Positions 41,861 through 52,016 of a DNA stretch of 64,000 nt are shown piece by piece. Positions within the stretch are counted from its first letter, which is position 1, and each line of letters starts with the position of its first letter. Source of the DNA: Cyanobacteriota bacterium (GTDB taxonomy: Bacteria > Cyanobacteriota > Cyanobacteriia > Cyanobacteriales > Nostocaceae). The stretch is from NCBI GenBank assembly GCA_046045965.1, contig JBJOKS010000005.1:64001-128000 (forward strand), read 5' to 3'. The position numbers and the translations under genes were made by a program. The notes beneath the pieces were generated by a model. That model had not been told where the DNA came from. It made no database searches and was given only the letters and a program-made list of their open reading frames with translations.

Positions 41861-41938
41861 ATAGGAGGCAGGAGGCAGTAGGAGGCAGAGCAGGTAGGGG
41901 AAGTAGGGGAGAATAACCCAGTCCCCAGTAAAGAGTCC

Positions 41939-42511
41939 CTAAATTAACCCGATCCGGTCTAAAGGCCAGAAGCGAAAGGTAGCATGACCGATGAGATTTT
42001 GACGGGGTAAAAAGCCCCAGTATCGGGAGTCATTACTATCGTTGCGGTTGTCTCCCATGACGAAAAATTCATCTTCTGGGATTTGTACGGATGGAAATGG
42101 CTGATTTGGTGGTTCAGCAATGTAGTCTTCTTCTATGGGTTTACCGTTGAGATAAACTTTACCATTAGCCACACTAATTACTTCTCCGGGGCGACCAATA
42201 ACGCGTTTGATAAAGGCTTGATCTTTGTCATAGCCACGACGTTGTAATTCTGGTGGGGTTTGAAAAACGACAATATCGCCTGTTTGGGGAGGGTGAAAAC
42301 GGTAGGATACTTTTTCGACTACCAAGCGATCGCCTGTGTGTAAGGTGGGGTACATTGATTCTGATGGGATCAATCGGGGTTCGGCGATAAATGTCCTAAT
42401 CAGCAATGCTAAAGTCAGTGCGATCGCTACTAAAATTAGATTTTCTTGCCAACCCCGCCATGTTTTTGAAGATGTGGAAGTTTCTTTAATATTACTTTCG
42501 TGAGGATTCAT
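41939..42511 (-). CDS. lepB: Signal peptidase I
   Basis: IPSESMYPTL, FIKRVIG, MGDNRNDSNDSRYWG. Confidence 0.95.
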   Translation of the reverse strand: MNPHESNIKETSTSSKTWRGWQENLILVAIALTLALLIRTFIAEPRLIPSESMYPTLHTGDRLVVEKVSYRFHPPQTGDIVVFQTPPELQRRGYDKDQAFIKRVIGRPGEVISVANGKVYLNGKPIEEDYIAEPPNQPFPSVQIPEDEFFVMGDNRNDSNDSRYWGFLPRQNLIGHATFRFWPLDRIGLI

Positions 42512-42638
42512 AGTATCTGGATGATTGTGTCTCTAAAGCTAAAATTATTCGTAATTTTGGTTCTGTACCAACCCATACAATTAATCTGAAGATTAATTTA
42601 TCAGAAAAGACGTTGAAAACCCTCTAAATTTTTAATTC

Positions 42639-43148
42639 TTAAGTTTCATCAATATTACCATCTAAAGTTAATTTTGCTTTAGCGGTAATTACTTCTGTAG
42701 GACGGAGAATTTTTTCACCCCACCGAAAACCCCGACGGACTATTTTAGTAATTGTTTGGTCTGGTACATCGGTTCTTTCTTCCCGATCAACTACACGACA
42801 TAAGTTGAAATCTGGTTCATTACCTACCAATTCTATAGGGATAAGTTGACGTTTTCCTAATACGCTGAGAAATTTACGATTAACTGCGGCTACAGACCGG
42901 GGTAAGCGTTCTATAAATTCTGGACTGGGGTGAGGGTTGTTTTCCAGATAGCTTAGTAAAGCGTCTAGAGCATCAGCTACTTCTAAAATTTCTAAAAATA
43001 AATCTTCGGTTTGGGCTGTATTTTGAGTTTCTTTTTCTCTTAAAGATTGCTTGAGGACAACATTTTCTTTTTCGAGAATGCCAAGTTTTTGGATGAGTAA
43101 ATCACGTAATTCTTGGTTGATAAAATAGGTTGGGGGTAAATCAGACAC
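42639..43148 (-). CDS. GrpE-like nucleotide exchange factor
   Basis: N-terminal coiled coil, LEVADALD, C-terminal KIVRRGFRWGEKILRPTEV. Confidence 0.8.
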   Translation of the reverse strand: MSDLPPTYFINQELRDLLIQKLGILEKENVVLKQSLREKETQNTAQTEDLFLEILEVADALDALLSYLENNPHPSPEFIERLPRSVAAVNRKFLSVLGKRQLIPIELVGNEPDFNLCRVVDREERTDVPDQTITKIVRRGFRWGEKILRPTEVITAKAKLTLDGNIDET

Positions 43149-43776
43149 GGGAATTCTCTTGAGATAATATTGCTAAGATTTTGTTAGCCCAAGTTTTGAC
43201 TTGGGGATGGGTGTGATTACTCAATGACTGACAAAGAGCGATCGCTCTGTCTAATTGTCCACCCATTTGGTAGGATTTAATCAAACAGATTATAGCTTGC
43301 AGATAATTCTTACTATTGCGTTCTTTACAGCCGTGGCAGTAGTCTTCTAAATATTTTATCGCTTTGGGGTAACGTCCCTCTTTACAAGCTTTAACCCCTT
43401 CGCTAAATAATTGTGATAAGGGGATGGGTAAAGGTTCTCGTTCTAAGTTGGCTTGTTGGGTAGCTTGTGCGATGCCTTCGGCGGGCGTAGCCATCGCATC
43501 ATCTAAACCGTCAAATTCTGATAATAAAGTTAGGGTAGGGGCTGGTTTATTTAATGCTGATAAATCATTGTACTTGAATTCCTTAATAGTTGGCAATATC
43601 GGACGCAAATAGTCAGCAATAATTCTTTCCTTTGACTTCATTAAGCTTTTTTGGGCTTTAGCAATTGCATCTACCGGATATTGTTTGCGCTTCATAGCTA
43701 AAGCCACAGCTTTGGTAATTTCCGCTTTCGATGCGGCTGGAGATACATTTAAAATGTCGTAGGGGTTATGTTCCAT
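43141..43776 (-). CDS. Degenerate J-domain-like protein (no HPD) with C-terminal TPR-like helices
   Basis: NPYDILNVSPAASKAEITKA start; RKQYPVD in place of HPD; TPR-like GRYPKAIKYLE. Confidence 0.7.
   Translation of the reverse strand: MEHNPYDILNVSPAASKAEITKAVALAMKRKQYPVDAIAKAQKSLMKSKERIIADYLRPILPTIKEFKYNDLSALNKPAPTLTLLSEFDGLDDAMATPAEGIAQATQQANLEREPLPIPLSQLFSEGVKACKEGRYPKAIKYLEDYCHGCKERNSKNYLQAIICLIKSYQMGGQLDRAIALCQSLSNHTHPQVKTWANKILAILSQENSRV
43472..43492. mobile_element. 21-nt small dispersed repeat inserted into a HIP1 site (SDR5-like)
   Basis: GCG|ATGCCTTCGGCGGGCGTAGCC|ATCGC; removing it restores GCGATCGC. Confidence 0.75.
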
Positions 43777-43787
43777 AATATTAAAGA

Positions 43788-43823
<36 letters not shown>

Positions 43824-43920
43824 AAAATTGGCTTTGTGTATAGGTTTCAATTTAGATTTTGTACCTCATTGATCTGCAATCTGCTGTATTCAAATATCAG
43901 GAATCAGGAGACTTGGCAGA

Positions 43921-46374
43921 TCAACATAAATTTAAATTGCGGTAAATTTCTTGAAATGTCGGTTCATGGGGGCAGATTTCATAAGCCCAGCGTCCTAGTT
44001 GTAACATTAATTCTGGATCTTTTAACCGCCCTTCTTTAATCCCGTTAATTAACATAGTGAGTAAAAATTCAGCTACAATATAGCGAACTCTATCACGCTT
44101 GGAAAGTTTAGCTTTATTCAGCATTGCTTCATACTGTCGAGCTTGAAACATTTGATTAATTTCTTTTAGTTCTAGGGAGAGTTCAACGTTTTCTATCATA
44201 TCAATGACGATAGGATTATTACTATCAATATTTTTAAGTTCTTGGAGTTTTTCTAAAGCTTGGTTTAAGGAAATTTGCTCATTAACAAGTTGTTGTCTAA
44301 TTGATTCGGCTTTGTACTCAGCAAAATAACTTTTAGCCGATTTACTATCTAGAATATCATACCAAAATTCAGCAAATTCTAAATGTTCTTTAAATTCTGA
44401 TATGGCTTGACGCTGTAATTCGCCAAGTCTATTTATTTCCTGTTGCCAATCTTGATGATGTTTAATTTCTGCCTTGACTGATTTTAAACTAATAATTGCT
44501 TTGCGCCATTTTTGTTGTTGTAGGTGATAACAACCTTCATGGTAAGCGACAAAATTCTGAGCAAATATTTCAATTTCAACAGTTGGGTTAGTTGTCGGTT
44601 TAATTTGCATTGCGCGTTGGCTATCTCCTTCTAAACAAGCAGCTACAGCTAATCCCCAAGGGGTATAAAGGGAACGGAGGATTTTTTTACTAGGATGTAT
44701 TTTATCTACTAGGTTATTTTGCCATTGCGAAAGAAATTGATCATAACAACCAGGGGTAATAAATACATCATTGACTTGCATTCCTGCGGTTGCTGGTTCT
44801 CCCATAAATCGCAGTGCGGCTAATTCCCGACGATAGCGATCGCGCAAATGCAAATAAGTATCTAAATTATTTTCAATATTACTGTTTTTAATATTCTCAA
44901 TTGCGGCTTCTAAGCGGCGTTTCAATTCTAAAGATACAGCAGGAAAATCAATAGTTTGGTTTTGGTCTTCCAGCCAAGGAATATTTTTTAAACTAGGATC
45001 GGCGGTTAAATTTGCTAATGAGGTTGATAAACCAATAATTAAATCAACCAGTTTGTTAGGATTAATTTGGGCATGATAATAAGTTGCTACTGTCCAATTA
45101 TGTAAGGTTTTAATATTAGGATTAAAAACCCAGTTATTTTTCATTTGATTGCTAATATTTGCCCAGTCAGAACTTTGCCAAATCTCTGCTTCTAAACTGG
45201 GTTCAATATATTCTTGAAGATTGGCTTCCACCAAAGCATCAGCACCAAATTTTTGCATGAATACTTTACTCGCCATTTTAGCTGCTGGGAGATTTTGCGC
45301 CTTGACTAAATTTTCAATTTTCTGCAAATATAGTAACCGTTGATGTTGAGCAATACTTTTAATAATTTCTTTTTGTTCAATAACTACTAAAGCATCTATT
45401 TCTTGCCATTCCCGATATGCTGACTGTAAATTACCTTGTTGGGCTAATACAAACCCTCGCAAATAAGCGGCTTGTTCTCCTGATAAATCTTGTAAATAAG
45501 ACAGTGCATTTTCCCAATCTTGCATTTTAATGGCTACCAAACTTAAGCGAATTTGGCAATCTGTAGCAGTGGGTAAAAATAATTTTGCGTTTTCATAGCA
45601 ATATTTAGCTGCGGGTAAATCACCAGCTTTTTCTGCTGCTAAACCTTGAAGAAATAGTTCTCTACCTTGGACTTTTGATTGAAGTTTTTGGAGTAAATCA
45701 AATCCATCACTGCGAGGAAAATTACTCACAGCAGAATCTAAGATGGCGATTGCTCCCCGTAATCTACCTTCTGATTCAAATTGTTGGGCTTTTTGCAGAG
45801 CAGTGTGATAACTTTCTTCCTGGGGAAGTAGGGCTTGAACATCGGAAATAGCCTGTTTTATTACTTCAGTAGGGTATAATTTTTCGGCTTTTTTGTAAAG
45901 AGCGATCGCATTTTTGAAAAACCGATTTTCGGCTTGTAATTTTGCCTGAGCTACTAATAATTGAAATTGTTTTCGCTCTTGCAGTAGCTGTTCACATTTT
46001 TCAATTTCTTGTGATATTGACTGATTACAGATAATTCTGGTATAGAGACGATAAAGAGCGATCGCATTCGTGAGGGCTTGAGTTTCTAAAGGATCACCAG
46101 CATCATTTTTGAGAATTATTTGGGCTTGTGCCGCAATTTTATCAGCTTCGGTGACTTGTTTACGCCACTCTAGTAATTGTTGTTCTAGCCTTTCTAAAAG
46201 ATTACCAATGAATAATTTACCCAGTAACCGTTCCCAAATACTCGGTTTTTCTGCCCAAAGATGCAATGCTGTTTCCGCAGTAGTAATAGCTTCTAGCAGT
46301 TGTTTTTTCTGGGCTAGTTGTTCTGACTTCTGGCTTGCTTCCTTTATACTATCTATACTATCAAGGATACTCAT
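43921..46374 (-). CDS. Large TPR-like alpha-helical protein
   Basis: 817 aa; repeated TPR-like units (AIALYKKAEKLYP, AKYCYENAKLFLP); ATGA-coupled to the LysM gene. Confidence 0.75.
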   Translation of the reverse strand: MSILDSIDSIKEASQKSEQLAQKKQLLEAITTAETALHLWAEKPSIWERLLGKLFIGNLLERLEQQLLEWRKQVTEADKIAAQAQIILKNDAGDPLETQALTNAIALYRLYTRIICNQSISQEIEKCEQLLQERKQFQLLVAQAKLQAENRFFKNAIALYKKAEKLYPTEVIKQAISDVQALLPQEESYHTALQKAQQFESEGRLRGAIAILDSAVSNFPRSDGFDLLQKLQSKVQGRELFLQGLAAEKAGDLPAAKYCYENAKLFLPTATDCQIRLSLVAIKMQDWENALSYLQDLSGEQAAYLRGFVLAQQGNLQSAYREWQEIDALVVIEQKEIIKSIAQHQRLLYLQKIENLVKAQNLPAAKMASKVFMQKFGADALVEANLQEYIEPSLEAEIWQSSDWANISNQMKNNWVFNPNIKTLHNWTVATYYHAQINPNKLVDLIIGLSTSLANLTADPSLKNIPWLEDQNQTIDFPAVSLELKRRLEAAIENIKNSNIENNLDTYLHLRDRYRRELAALRFMGEPATAGMQVNDVFITPGCYDQFLSQWQNNLVDKIHPSKKILRSLYTPWGLAVAACLEGDSQRAMQIKPTTNPTVEIEIFAQNFVAYHEGCYHLQQQKWRKAIISLKSVKAEIKHHQDWQQEINRLGELQRQAISEFKEHLEFAEFWYDILDSKSAKSYFAEYKAESIRQQLVNEQISLNQALEKLQELKNIDSNNPIVIDMIENVELSLELKEINQMFQARQYEAMLNKAKLSKRDRVRYIVAEFLLTMLINGIKEGRLKDPELMLQLGRWAYEICPHEPTFQEIYRNLNLC

Positions 46375-46853
46375 TTATTTTTCTCCTGACAGTTGGGAAT
46401 TTTTAATTTTTCCCCCACATCTAGAAAGTAGTTTGGCCGATTTTCTAGGTGAGAATTAGCTCTGGCTATCAGTCTCCAAGCACTAGCCCTACCGCAGACT
46501 TTTTCAGCAATTAACCCTAAGTTATCTCCCCGTTTTACAATATATATACTTCCCTCAGAAGTATTTGTTTCCGAGCTATTAACTACTGTTGAATTAGGAG
46601 CAGAAATAGCAGCATTATAGTTACCTTTGATGAGGACAAAACTACCTACTGCACCCAGTCCAATACCGATAATGAGCATCAATACAGCTAGGATCAAAGT
46701 CCAGGTGCTAATTTTTTTTGGGACTGCTGTTTTTTCTAAAGGTGCTAACTCTTGAAGTGTGCGAATTAAAGAAAGATCGGTATCACAATTAGGACAAGTT
46801 TTACCTTCTATTTCTTTATATCCACATACAGGACAGTTAAGTTTAGTATTCAT
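46371..46853 (-). CDS. Zinc-ribbon / TM / LysM protein
   Basis: CPVC...CPNC; one TM helix; LysM YIVKRGDNLGLIAEK...LDVGEKLKIP. Confidence 0.85.
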   Translation of the reverse strand: MNTKLNCPVCGYKEIEGKTCPNCDTDLSLIRTLQELAPLEKTAVPKKISTWTLILAVLMLIIGIGLGAVGSFVLIKGNYNAAISAPNSTVVNSSETNTSEGSIYIVKRGDNLGLIAEKVCGRASAWRLIARANSHLENRPNYFLDVGEKLKIPNCQEKNK

Positions 46854-49066
46854 CGTGTTAGTCCTGTCACAATGCTATTATTAGGTAAGTTTTGATTCAG
46901 CCAATGTTGTACCTCTGGTTGCAGTTCAGGTAACAAACGTTCAGCTTCGTTGACATCACCATGTTTCATAGCCATCAACAGCCGAGAAAGTTTATCCGAC
47001 AAAGCATTTGCGGCGGTAGGTGCAATAGCTCTAGCTTGTTGAATTGCCAAAATACAAGCTTGAATTACCTGTACTTCATCAGGTAGGTTATTCAGTTCCT
47101 TTCTGGCTTCTTCACTGTGATATTGCATCCCGGAGAGGTTATTGTTGTCCATAGCAGATTGCAATTTTTCAGTTAGTTGTTGCAATTTTTCTTGCTGAGG
47201 TTTAAGAAGCATAAAATCGCAAAGTTTGAGAAGGCGATCGCATTCAGTTACTAAAGACTCAGCTTCTAGCCTATCCGCAGACATATTCATCTGAAATGTT
47301 TTCAAGTTTTCCCCAGCAATATCCCAGAAGTCGCTGCGTTCTTCTCCGGTGATGGGATTAATAATTTGGTTAGCTGACTGCACAACTGGTACTGCTAATT
47401 TGAGTGCTTCTTCTACACCAAAAGCAGTTAAATGTTGATGATTAATTTCCTCTATTGCTGCTTCTAATTCCTGATATATTTTTTCATCAGCACGACCACG
47501 AGAAAAGATACAACTCACTCTCACAGCCGGGTCATTTTTTAAAGCTGCTGTCATTCGTAAATCGTTGTTTTGTTCATCCAACTCTAAATTTACTTGAATT
47601 TCTGTACCAGCTGGATATTTTTCATCTAAACCTAACCACATTTCCCCAATTCTTTCATCATCTTTGACTCCATCTAACTTTTCTTTGACTTTATCGGGGC
47701 TAAAAAATTGAAAATGAATCAATCTTTGTCCTTCAGCCACAGTTTTAAAAGTGTAAACTGGTGTCGTTACTGGCAAAATATCACCCTGACTAATTACTTT
47801 ATATTTGCCATCTGCTAATTGAATAAAATAATCACGGGATACTGTTGTGACTTTATCGGTTTGTCCAGCCGCAACAATTGCTGCACCTTCAGCCACTGCA
47901 TACATAGGACGGGGGTGCAGGATAACTTTATTAGCACCAAAAGCCTGTTGAAGTTGGCGTTGTACCAAAGGAATTTGGGAAGAACCACCCACCAACAGCA
48001 CTACATCCACCATTTCTGGCTGATATTCAGCATATTCTAAAGCTTGACGGCAAATTTGCAGCGATCGCTCTACCAAATCATTGATCATCTGTTCAAATTG
48101 CTGGCGGGTAATTTCTACCTCCATCGGAATTGCAATACCCAATTCGTCTAGTAATTGAGTACCAGGGATAATCCTCGCCACCGTATAACTACTTAATTCA
48201 ACTTTTGCCCTTTCGACTGCAATCTTCAAATCAGCATAAAAGCGTACCCGTTGATAATAGGGCATTTTGGCAATTAAGCCGTCAATATCACTGATTTTTT
48301 CTTGTTGGGAAACTTGCTCTTTCACAAATTTAATCAGCAGGGAGTCGATGTCATCCCCTCCCAACCACAAATCTCCGGCTTTCCCCTGTTCAATAAATGA
48401 AGTTCCACCAGCGGTAATTACTGAAGCGTCAAATGTTCCACCGCCAAAGTCATAAACCAAAATCGTCTTGACATCATCGCTATTAGGCGAAAACCCGTAG
48501 GATATCGCTGCTGCTGTGGGTTCTGGTAGCAGTTCCAAAGGAGTCAGTCCGGCTTTCAGCGCCGCAGTGCGGGTGGCGTAGCGTTGTTTATCATTAAAAT
48601 AGGCGGGGATGGTAATTACAGCTTGGTCAATATTTTCCCCACTTTGACCAAAGGCTTGAAAATACCCTTGGGCATTCTGCACCACTTTTTTGAGAATTTC
48701 CGCCGAAATATCCTCCGGTTGGTATTCTTTACCTCCTAACCACACCGCAATACTGTTATCTGTTCCCTGGGTCGGTTGGGTAATTTTATACCCCCATTCT
48801 GACTTTTGTTTCTGCACTGCTGCGTCACCAAAACCCCTACCCATCAAACGCTTGATGGAAATAATCACATTTTCTGGGTCATGACGTAGCTGGTTGTAAG
48901 CTTGGTCTCCTACCACAAATTTACCCTGGTCTTCAGCAACTACAGAACGGGTCAGTTTCCGGTCTGGGGGTGTATTATCGTTGGCTGTCACTACTTCCAC
49001 TTCTACCAATTTAAAAGCGGCTACGGAGTTAGTAGTTCCTAAATCTATACCAATTGCCTTGACCAT
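46850..49066 (-). CDS. Atypical Hsp70-family protein
   Basis: [39 protein letters not shown] ATPase motifs; canonical DVLLLD linker absent; long helical C-terminus. Confidence 0.9.
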   Translation of the reverse strand: MVKAIGIDLGTTNSVAAFKLVEVEVVTANDNTPPDRKLTRSVVAEDQGKFVVGDQAYNQLRHDPENVIISIKRLMGRGFGDAAVQKQKSEWGYKITQPTQGTDNSIAVWLGGKEYQPEDISAEILKKVVQNAQGYFQAFGQSGENIDQAVITIPAYFNDKQRYATRTAALKAGLTPLELLPEPTAAAISYGFSPNSDDVKTILVYDFGGGTFDASVITAGGTSFIEQGKAGDLWLGGDDIDSLLIKFVKEQVSQQEKISDIDGLIAKMPYYQRVRFYADLKIAVERAKVELSSYTVARIIPGTQLLDELGIAIPMEVEITRQQFEQMINDLVERSLQICRQALEYAEYQPEMVDVVLLVGGSSQIPLVQRQLQQAFGANKVILHPRPMYAVAEGAAIVAAGQTDKVTTVSRDYFIQLADGKYKVISQGDILPVTTPVYTFKTVAEGQRLIHFQFFSPDKVKEKLDGVKDDERIGEMWLGLDEKYPAGTEIQVNLELDEQNNDLRMTAALKNDPAVRVSCIFSRGRADEKIYQELEAAIEEINHQHLTAFGVEEALKLAVPVVQSANQIINPITGEERSDFWDIAGENLKTFQMNMSADRLEAESLVTECDRLLKLCDFMLLKPQQEKLQQLTEKLQSAMDNNNLSGMQYHSEEARKELNNLPDEVQVIQACILAIQQARAIAPTAANALSDKLSRLLMAMKHGDVNEAERLLPELQPEVQHWLNQNLPNNSIVTGLTR

Positions 49067-49314
49067 TGCTGAAATTTTACCCTGTTATGTAATTTTTTTA
49101 TGTAATTTTTTTACTATTTAGGTAGGCTACCACTTAATAACCCGCAATTTTAGAACAGAAGCCATTAACAAATTTTACCCATTTTTATTAATACATATTC
49201 TGTTCAGGATCTACTACCGAAAATTTACTTAATTTACGTAAGTATTTATAATACTTTGCCAGGACGGGCTAGAAGCCCATCTCACAAATAGGTAAATAGT
49301 TTAGTGTTCATTAA

Positions 49315-50499
49315 TTAATTCCCCAACTTCTCAAATAAATCTGCCAAAACTACATTAGAAAACAAAAAACCATCAGGATCAGTTAAACGCAATCTTTCCC
49401 CGACAATTTCCACCCAACCTTGAGGAAAATAAGGTTGCAAACAGCGTTTGATTTCCTCTACCTTTTCTGTTCCAAACTTATTCACTAACTCCGTTAAACT
49501 CAAACCTTCAGCTAAACGCAAACCCAGCATTAAAGTTTCTAACAATTCTTCCTCTAAAGGTGTGATTTCACAATCAATAATTGCACCATTTTCCAACCAT
49601 TGATAATATTCTTTGGTTTTGCGAGGACGGGTAAAGCGTTTACCTTGCACATAACTGGCCGCACCCATTCCGAAACCATAATAAGATAGATTTTGCCAAT
49701 AAACTCGATTATGTTGACATTGATGTCCGCTTTGAGCATAGTTGGAAATTTCATAATGTTCATAACCTGCACCAGTGAGGAATTTTTGCCCTAATTGGTA
49801 CATTTTGACAGTGGTTTCATCTGTCGGTAGGGGTTGATCTCCGGCTTGATAATAACGACCAAAAGCTGTACCTGGTTCTATGGTTAAATCATAAATAGAT
49901 ATATGAGTTGGGGCAATTTCTACCGCTTTAGTTAGGGAATTTTGCCACTGATCTAAAGACTGATGTGGCAAACCGGAAATTAGGTCTAAGCTAAATTCGG
50001 GAATCTCGACTTGGTGAATTAAATCAATAGCTGCAAAAATATCTTCAACTGAGTGCGATCGCCCTGCCATTTTGAGTAATTCATCTTGAAAAGCTTGTAC
50101 ACCCAAACTCACCCGGTTCACACCTGCATTTCTATAACCTGCGATATGTGCTAAGTCAAATGTACCGGGGTCCATTTCCATTGAAATTTCTGCACCCTCA
50201 ACAATGCCAAAACGCTTTTCTAACGCTGTTAATATCCTTTGTAACTGTTCCGTAGATAGCAGCGAAGGTGTACCACCACCAAAGAAAATGGTTTTTAGGG
50301 GTTGACTAAATACTGGTGCAATGCTGATTTCGTGACAAAGTGCCTCAATATATTGGGAAATTGTACCAGAAGTTTCACCCCGCGAGCTATCGCCTACCAC
50401 AAACACGGGAAAATCACAATAAAAACACCGTCTCCGACAAAAGGGAATATGTACATAAGCAGCAGTAGGAACAGGAACAGTAATATATTTTTGATTCAT
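49315..50499 (-). CDS. hemW: Radical SAM heme chaperone HemW
   Basis: YVHIPFCRRRCFYCDF, FFGGGTPS, YEISNY, HNRVYW. Confidence 0.9.
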   Translation of the reverse strand: MNQKYITVPVPTAAYVHIPFCRRRCFYCDFPVFVVGDSSRGETSGTISQYIEALCHEISIAPVFSQPLKTIFFGGGTPSLLSTEQLQRILTALEKRFGIVEGAEISMEMDPGTFDLAHIAGYRNAGVNRVSLGVQAFQDELLKMAGRSHSVEDIFAAIDLIHQVEIPEFSLDLISGLPHQSLDQWQNSLTKAVEIAPTHISIYDLTIEPGTAFGRYYQAGDQPLPTDETTVKMYQLGQKFLTGAGYEHYEISNYAQSGHQCQHNRVYWQNLSYYGFGMGAASYVQGKRFTRPRKTKEYYQWLENGAIIDCEITPLEEELLETLMLGLRLAEGLSLTELVNKFGTEKVEEIKRCLQPYFPQGWVEIVGERLRLTDPDGFLFSNVVLADLFEKLGN

Positions 50500-50857
50500 T
50501 ATGAACAAGAATTAATTTAATTAAAGAACAATTACAAATTATCAAAATGAGGTAAGCTATCAGCAAAAAAGTTAAGATCCAAAAAATTAAAAATAATAGC
50601 AAGCGTGTAAATTTCCTGAAATTAACACTTCTGAAGCTTTGCTATTTCTGATCTTAGCCGACCGCTGACGGCTGATAGCTGATAGCTTTTGTAAGAATAA
50701 TTATGGAGGGAAAAGTCTTTGGGTATAATGTTTGCATATATTGTCTTGACTGCCTAAACCTATAGTGTAAGTCCATATTTCTGAATCAATCTTACCGTTG
50801 AAATAAAAAATACCTTACTCTACTGGGTAAACACAGTTGTAGGAAAACCACAAAATC

Positions 50858-51934
50858 ATGCTTGATTTCATTATCATTCTCTCATTTATTTTTGCCGCAT
50901 CGGGAATAGGTTACTTTAGTACCGACCTACTCCCAGCAGGAACACTCAACGGGGTAACAAACCTAGACGCACTGCGGTTAGTCGTTGCTGTCTTTGCTGC
51001 TATCATCGGTGGTGCAATTGGTTTAAGCTTTCAAACCACCTATCGGCGTTTAGAAGCACAAGTCAAAGAAATGCCTCTAGAAGTCATTTTAACTCGTGCT
51101 ATTGGTTTAGTAATTGGGCTATTACTCGCCAATTTAATGTTAGCCCCGCTATTTTTATTACCCATTCCCCCAGATTTCAGTTTTATTAAACCTCTAGTGG
51201 CTGTTGTTGGCAGTATAATACTTTCCGTGACGGGTATGAATTTGGCAGATACTCACGGACGGGGTTTGTTACGCCTAATTAATCCTAACACTGTGGAAAC
51301 TCTGGTAGTAGAAGGAACTCTCAAACCTGCGAATACTAAAGTTTTAGATACTAGCTGCATTATTGATGGTCGCATTGAAGCACTGCTAGAAACTGGATTT
51401 TTAGAAGGGGTAATAATTGTCCCGCAGTTTGTTTTACAAGAACTGCAACAAGTAGCTGACGCGAGTAAGGATATCAAGCGAGTTCGGGGAAGAAGAGGTT
51501 TAGAAATTCTCAACCGCATTCGGGAAACTTACTCAGAACGGATTTTAATTAACCCGGTTGATTACGAAGATATTACCACAGTTGATGCCAAATTGGTAAA
51601 GTTTGCCCAAGAAATTAACGGTACGCTGTTAACTAATGACTACAATTTATCCAAAGTTGCTAGTGTGCAGAAAGTCCCGGTTTTGAATGTTAATGATTTA
51701 GTAAATGCGGTTCGTCCAAGTTATTTACCTGGGGATAATATTGATTTAAAAATCCTCAAGGAAGGTAAAGAACCAACTCAAGGTATTGGTTATCTTGATG
51801 ATGGAACTATGGTTGTTGTTGAGGAAGGTAGCGGTTTTGTTGGTGCTGAATTGCGGGTAGTTGTCACCAGTGCTTTACAAACTTCAGCAGGTAGAATGAT
51901 TTTTGCTAAACCTCAAGCTTCCGCATTAGCATAA
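50858..51934 (+). CDS. Membrane PIN/TRAM domain protein (YacL-like)
   Basis: N-terminal TMs, LDTSCIIDGRI PIN, GYLDDGTMVVVE TRAM. Confidence 0.9.
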   Translation: MLDFIIILSFIFAASGIGYFSTDLLPAGTLNGVTNLDALRLVVAVFAAIIGGAIGLSFQTTYRRLEAQVKEMPLEVILTRAIGLVIGLLLANLMLAPLFLLPIPPDFSFIKPLVAVVGSIILSVTGMNLADTHGRGLLRLINPNTVETLVVEGTLKPANTKVLDTSCIIDGRIEALLETGFLEGVIIVPQFVLQELQQVADASKDIKRVRGRRGLEILNRIRETYSERILINPVDYEDITTVDAKLVKFAQEINGTLLTNDYNLSKVASVQKVPVLNVNDLVNAVRPSYLPGDNIDLKILKEGKEPTQGIGYLDDGTMVVVEEGSGFVGAELRVVVTSALQTSAGRMIFAKPQASALA

Positions 51935-51963
51935 GGTCAATGGTGGGAAAAATAGCTGTTTTC

Positions 51964-51996
51964 AAATCCCTGATTTCTTCATGAAGTCGGGGATTT
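51964..51996. terminator. Palindromic repeat between convergent genes, probable terminator
   Basis: AAATCCCTGATTTC / GAAGTCGGGGATTT; same family as 1843-1880. Confidence 0.55.
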
Positions 51997-52016
51997 TGTT
52001 GTTTTTAAAAACTAAA

